17,665 bases of DNA, taken from Pseudobdellovibrionaceae bacterium. GTDB taxonomy: Bacteria; Bdellovibrionota; Bdellovibrionia; Bdellovibrionales; Bdellovibrionaceae. How positions within the stretch are numbered: position 1 is the first letter of the stretch; each line of letters starts with the position of its first letter. Positions 14,534 through 17,665 of this stretch are shown in pieces. Location: positions 1 to 17,665 of the forward strand of contig JBDHWW010000058.1 of NCBI GenBank assembly GCA_039810425.1, read 5' to 3'. The position numbers and the translations under genes are program-made. The notes below the pieces were generated by a model. The model worked only from the letters and a program-made list of their open reading frames with translations. It was not told the origin of the DNA and searched no databases.

Positions 14534-15418
14534 TTAGCGGTAAGGCTCCGCGAAGGTCTTTACGATCTTCGCGGGCTCTTGAGCATCGGCGCGTCTGGGC
14601 TTGATCTCAAGTTTCACAAGAGTTCCAATCACGTCTTGCAGCTTTTCCAGTGGCTGCAAAGTGGCGGGCAAATCTTCGCGCAGCTCTGTCGTCAAAACCG
14701 GCGTCTGACGCTCGAACCACATGTATCTTCCCAAACTGCCGGGAAAATGCCCCAAAGACCTCCACGGAAGATAGTCATACTTCGGAAACGTCACCTTCGG
14801 CCCGTCAAAGTCCAAAACTTTCAATGGCGTATGGACTGAAACGATGAAGTCCGGATTGAACTCCTCAAGATGCTTCATTGCACACCTTGTTTCAATTTCG
14901 CTGGCCGCGTGGTCACCAGGGTTGCGGCGGGGATTCGACTTTGTCGATTTCTGCCAATACGTTTTTGCCTGGGCGTCCCAATCTTTTGTGGGGAAGTTAC
15001 GATTCAAATCAATATTGTTCGCGTTTGTACGAGTCTTTGCTTGAACCCCGTCCGGATTCAAGACAGGCACCACACGCCAAGAATTGCGCGGATCAAAGGA
15101 TTCCAGGCGTTCCATCCAATAGCGCCCTACGGTGCCCGCATGCGTTTCGTCGCCATGGATAAGACTGAACACTAAGACTTTTTTTGCATCCCCATTAGAG
15201 GCCATTTTATCGTAATGAAAAATGGGACGGCCTTCGACGCTCGTGCAACCTTCATCGACTTGCGCTTTCTCACAAGCTTTTTGCAAAAGCGCATCATCGC
15301 TTTTCCCCGGAAACGCTTTGAGCGCCTCCATGCACTTCTTTGGCAAATCCGTGAAGTCCGTCGCATACGCTTGAGAATTCAAAATCATGCCCAAAACTAA
15401 GACAGCAGCAATTTTCAT
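14534..15418 (-). CDS. Secreted M14-family zinc carboxypeptidase (MpaA / murein peptide amidase-like)
   Basis: Signal peptide; IHGDE, NPDG, RTNANNIDLNRNFP, SVH, PGSLG, TTEL. Confidence 0.9.
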   Translation of the reverse strand: MKIAAVLVLGMILNSQAYATDFTDLPKKCMEALKAFPGKSDDALLQKACEKAQVDEGCTSVEGRPIFHYDKMASNGDAKKVLVFSLIHGDETHAGTVGRYWMERLESFDPRNSWRVVPVLNPDGVQAKTRTNANNIDLNRNFPTKDWDAQAKTYWQKSTKSNPRRNPGDHAASEIETRCAMKHLEEFNPDFIVSVHTPLKVLDFDGPKVTFPKYDYLPWRSLGHFPGSLGRYMWFERQTPVLTTELREDLPATLQPLEKLQDVIGTLVKLEIKPRRADAQEPAKIVKTFAEPYR

Positions 15419-15589
15419 AAAATCCTTTTTTTATTATTATTGCCAGTCCTTTGCGCACTCTCAAGGCGAGATTTCCCCGGTTAAGAATTTTTCTTTGTCT
15501 CAGAATGAGAACTTTCGATTTCGGACTAAGGTCCTGGACCACTTATTCCGTAGAATAGAAAGATAACAAAGTTCTATTGAGGAGGATTC

Positions 15590-15847
15590 ATGCTCGAGCG
15601 GGGCGGGTTTAGTTTCGTGGCCCTACTGGTCATTAACCCAGTAGCAATTTTACTCTACCAAAACTGCACTTTCTTACCGGCTGCACAAAGTGAACTGGCA
15701 TCGCGGGACATGCTTCCCCAGAAGCGCGTAATCAGTTCAATGAACGCCCCTGAAAAGGTGGACCTCAACAAATTGAAAGTCGCAAAGCCTTCCATTGCCG
15801 ATTGCAAAGCCGGGCACGACAACTGCCCAATCAACGACATCGAATAA
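15590..15847 (+). CDS. Small putative lipoprotein (YQNC motif), 85 aa
   Basis: GAGGAGG RBS; hydrophobic N-terminus ending in LLYQNC, like the F/YQNC lipobox-type motif common in Bdellovibrio; C-terminal C-x6-C. Confidence 0.7.
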   Translation: MLERGGFSFVALLVINPVAILLYQNCTFLPAAQSELASRDMLPQKRVISSMNAPEKVDLNKLKVAKPSIADCKAGHDNCPINDIE

Positions 15848-15856
15848 TCCCAAATC

Positions 15857-15877
15857 CGGGGCTTTTATTAAGCCCCG
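15857..15877 (+). terminator. Hairpin, probable terminator
   Basis: CGGGGCTT-TTATT-AAGCCCCG, 9 nt after the stop; the U-tract is weak. Confidence 0.55.
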
Positions 15878-15908
15878 CAATAATTTTCCTAGACCCTCAA
15901 AATCCTTT

Positions 15909-15949
15909 TTGACTTACACATATTTTACATATGTAATCCATATGTAAGT
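15909..15949 (+). promoter_or_regulatory. lexA promoter with autoregulatory operator
   Basis: TTGACT (15909-15914); perfect palindrome TTACATATGTAA (15925-15936); outer arms ACTTACACAT/ATATGTAAGT. Confidence 0.75.
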
Positions 15950-15951
15950 TT

Positions 15952-16623
15952 ATGGTTGAAAATTCGCTCCTCCCCCTTACCGCGAAAGAAAAGGCTTTCC
16001 TCGAATTCGTCGAAAGCTTTCAAAAGAGTTCTGGAATTTCTCCGTCCTATCAGGAGATTAGGGATCATTTTGGATTTGCGTCGTTTAACTCGGTCCAAAA
16101 TTACCTGAAGCAACTGATACGCAAGGGATACGTAAAGAACCACGCCAATCAGAAACGGGCTATTCAGATAGTCACATCGACAGGATCTTCTCCCCAATCG
16201 CTCCTCCAAAGCACGGAGGAGGTCCTGTCTCTTCCTCTGCTCGGCAAAGTCGCGGCAGGATCCCCGATTGAATCTTTAAAGCACGATGAATATGTGCAAG
16301 TGCCGAATCATATGGTTCGGAATCCCAATAAGACGTTCGCCCTGCGGGTGCAGGGCGATTCAATGATTAACGAAGGCATTCTGGAGGGCGACACCATTTT
16401 GGTGCAGCAACAAAACAACGCTTCTAACGGCGACCTTGTTGTCGCAACGATCGAGAACGAAGCGACGGTGAAACGCTTTTTTCTCCGCACCCCTCCGCGC
16501 GGCAGCCATGATGAACTCATGGTCGAGCTCCGCCCGGCCAACGAAAACTTACAATCCATGTGGTATTCGCCGCTGGAAGTGAATATTCAGGGTATTCTCG
16601 TCGGCTTGCTTAGAAAATTCTAA
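15952..16623 (+). CDS. lexA: LexA repressor
   Basis: Winged-helix LTAKE...PSYQEIRDHFGFAS; VAAG cleavage site; GDSM catalytic Ser; TVKR catalytic Lys. Confidence 0.98.
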   Translation: MVENSLLPLTAKEKAFLEFVESFQKSSGISPSYQEIRDHFGFASFNSVQNYLKQLIRKGYVKNHANQKRAIQIVTSTGSSPQSLLQSTEEVLSLPLLGKVAAGSPIESLKHDEYVQVPNHMVRNPNKTFALRVQGDSMINEGILEGDTILVQQQNNASNGDLVVATIENEATVKRFFLRTPPRGSHDELMVELRPANENLQSMWYSPLEVNIQGILVGLLRKF

Positions 16624-17357
16624 GGCCTTTTCTTAAGGACGTTCATAATAGAATACTGCCAAGGGCGATAAGCAAAAAGGACGCCGTATTCCTTATCCGT
16701 GCTCTCCATCTGCAGCTCGTAGTTGGCTTCTTCTTCGAGTTCAAGATAGATCTTTTCGATCTTGAGCTTCAGTTTCGCCAGAGCCGCCGGACTCAGCTTG
16801 CGCATTCCGAACCGAATAAACTCGTCGTTGGCCTTGAAATCAGAAAATAAGAAACCCTCTTTTAGCTGCTGAAACACCACTTTTCCGACAGGGCCGTCAC
16901 GACGAAAACGGAAGAGACCATTTTTAATGAGCTTCACTTTGTCTTTTGGGTGAAGCTCAATCAAATTGCACTTATCAAGCGCAAATAAGAACTTCTTGCT
17001 CTCGGCGACCGCGATCTGAAATTCTCTTTCAATCTTTTGCGGCTTGTATCCCTCGGTCAGCAACGTGAAGTAATGAAGCAACCGCGGATTCTCCGAAAGA
17101 ATCTTCTCTTGTTCAAAAGAAAGAATAAGGTAGGGGTCTTCATCCTGCCACTCGGCGAGCTTGCAGACATCGGCAAAACTTATTGCCGTGGCATCACAGA
17201 TTTTTTCAATGCGATCAAGGCTGATTTTCTTATTGCTCAACAGTCGTTTGACGCTGGATTCACTGATGCTCAGGGCTTCAGCGACTTGTTTATAGTTCCA
17301 TTGTTTATTCTTTAAAGCCCGCTTGAGTGCGGTCAGAAACTGATCAATCTGAGACAC
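16620..17357 (-). CDS. XRE/Cro-type HTH transcriptional regulator with C-terminal extension, 245 aa
   Basis: LKRALK...YKQVAEALSISESSVKRLLS...ISLDRIEKIC; AAGGAG RBS before GTG at 17357; convergent 4-bp overlap with lexA. Confidence 0.88.
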   Translation of the reverse strand: MSQIDQFLTALKRALKNKQWNYKQVAEALSISESSVKRLLSNKKISLDRIEKICDATAISFADVCKLAEWQDEDPYLILSFEQEKILSENPRLLHYFTLLTEGYKPQKIEREFQIAVAESKKFLFALDKCNLIELHPKDKVKLIKNGLFRFRRDGPVGKVVFQQLKEGFLFSDFKANDEFIRFGMRKLSPAALAKLKLKIEKIYLELEEEANYELQMESTDKEYGVLFAYRPWQYSIMNVLKKRP

Positions 17358-17438
17358 TAGACTCTCCTTAAGGAACAGCCGAAAAGTTTCGCCACGTAAG
17401 GCAGCAGTACCGCCGAACAGCACTTCTTTGCCTGGTAT

Positions 17439-17465
17439 TGAATTATAGCACCCTTCCGCCGAAAG
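17439..17465 (+). promoter_or_regulatory. Possible sigma-28 (FliA)-type promoter
   Basis: TGAA-N15-GCCGAAAG compared with the consensus TAAA-N15-GCCGATAA. Confidence 0.35.
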
Positions 17466-17490
17466 TAAATAAAGCAGAAGGAGGTCCCCG

Positions 17491-17665
17491 ATGAGATTCT
17501 TATTAAGCCTTTTCCGTCCCAGAGCTCAAAATCCCGGATTCTTCTATTTATGGGAACAGACGCTTTACGAGCGCAGGATTGAAACCCTTGGTAGCGTAAG
17601 AAAATGTGTGTCCAGCACGCCGAGTCTAAGTGACCGGCAGAAGGACATAGGCTATGCAGTTCCGT
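17491..17665 (+). CDS. Hypothetical protein, partial (open to the window end)
   Basis: AAGGAGGT RBS, ATG at 17491, 58 open codons (MRFLLSLFRPRAQNPGFFYLWEQ...). Not in the ORF track. Confidence 0.55.
   Translation, partial: MRFLLSLFRPRAQNPGFFYLWEQTLYERRIETLGSVRKCVSSTPSLSDRQKDIGYAVP

Noticed and set aside
7279..17315. Numerous 60-186 aa antisense or alternate-frame ORFs over aro genes, ung, the M14 peptidase, lexA and the XRE gene
   Set aside because: Shadow ORFs of well-supported genes with no motifs of their own.
1..17665. CRISPR array, tRNA, rRNA, or a DGR-type template/variable repeat pair
   Set aside because: No regular repeat-spacer array or RNA gene signature was seen. The fibre repeat mismatches are synonymous and not adenine-specific, and no reverse transcriptase is present.

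Overview
The window is most likely from a Bdellovibrionota (Bdellovibrio-like predator) chromosome. That is inferred from a GNVGIG-repeat fibre adhesin, a QNC-motif lipoprotein and a TTAC..GTAA LexA-type operator. It has three parts. (1) An accessory block (1-~3670) opens with the right end of an ISL3-type IS inserted into a probable solute-binding-protein gene. That gene is third in a sigma-54 operon with a consensus -24/-12 promoter, after a REC-AAA+-HTH activator and a small secreted protein with a single C-terminal Cys. The block also carries a Phd/YefM-ParE/RelE-like toxin-antitoxin pair, a 69-aa membrane protein and five copies of an 18-bp palindrome (TGACCG-N6-CGGTCA). (2) A 3.5-kb fibre/adhesin ORF begins abruptly inside a GNVGIG repeat and is built from repeat-bounded modules. 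(3) Core genes follow: a DUF488/YeaO protein, a shikimate operon aroB-aroA-[aroK-aroD-aroE fusion]-aroC whose order matches the eukaryotic AROM polyprotein, a secreted coiled-coil protein, ung, an HPF-like protein, an M14 peptidase, a small lipoprotein, lexA with a phased operator, an XRE regulator and the start of one more ORF. The best candidate for an undescribed system is the sigma-54 activator / secreted peptide / solute-binding-protein operon, which may be an auto-inducing peptide-signalling circuit, here interrupted by an IS. All family calls come from visual motif recognition; no searches were run.
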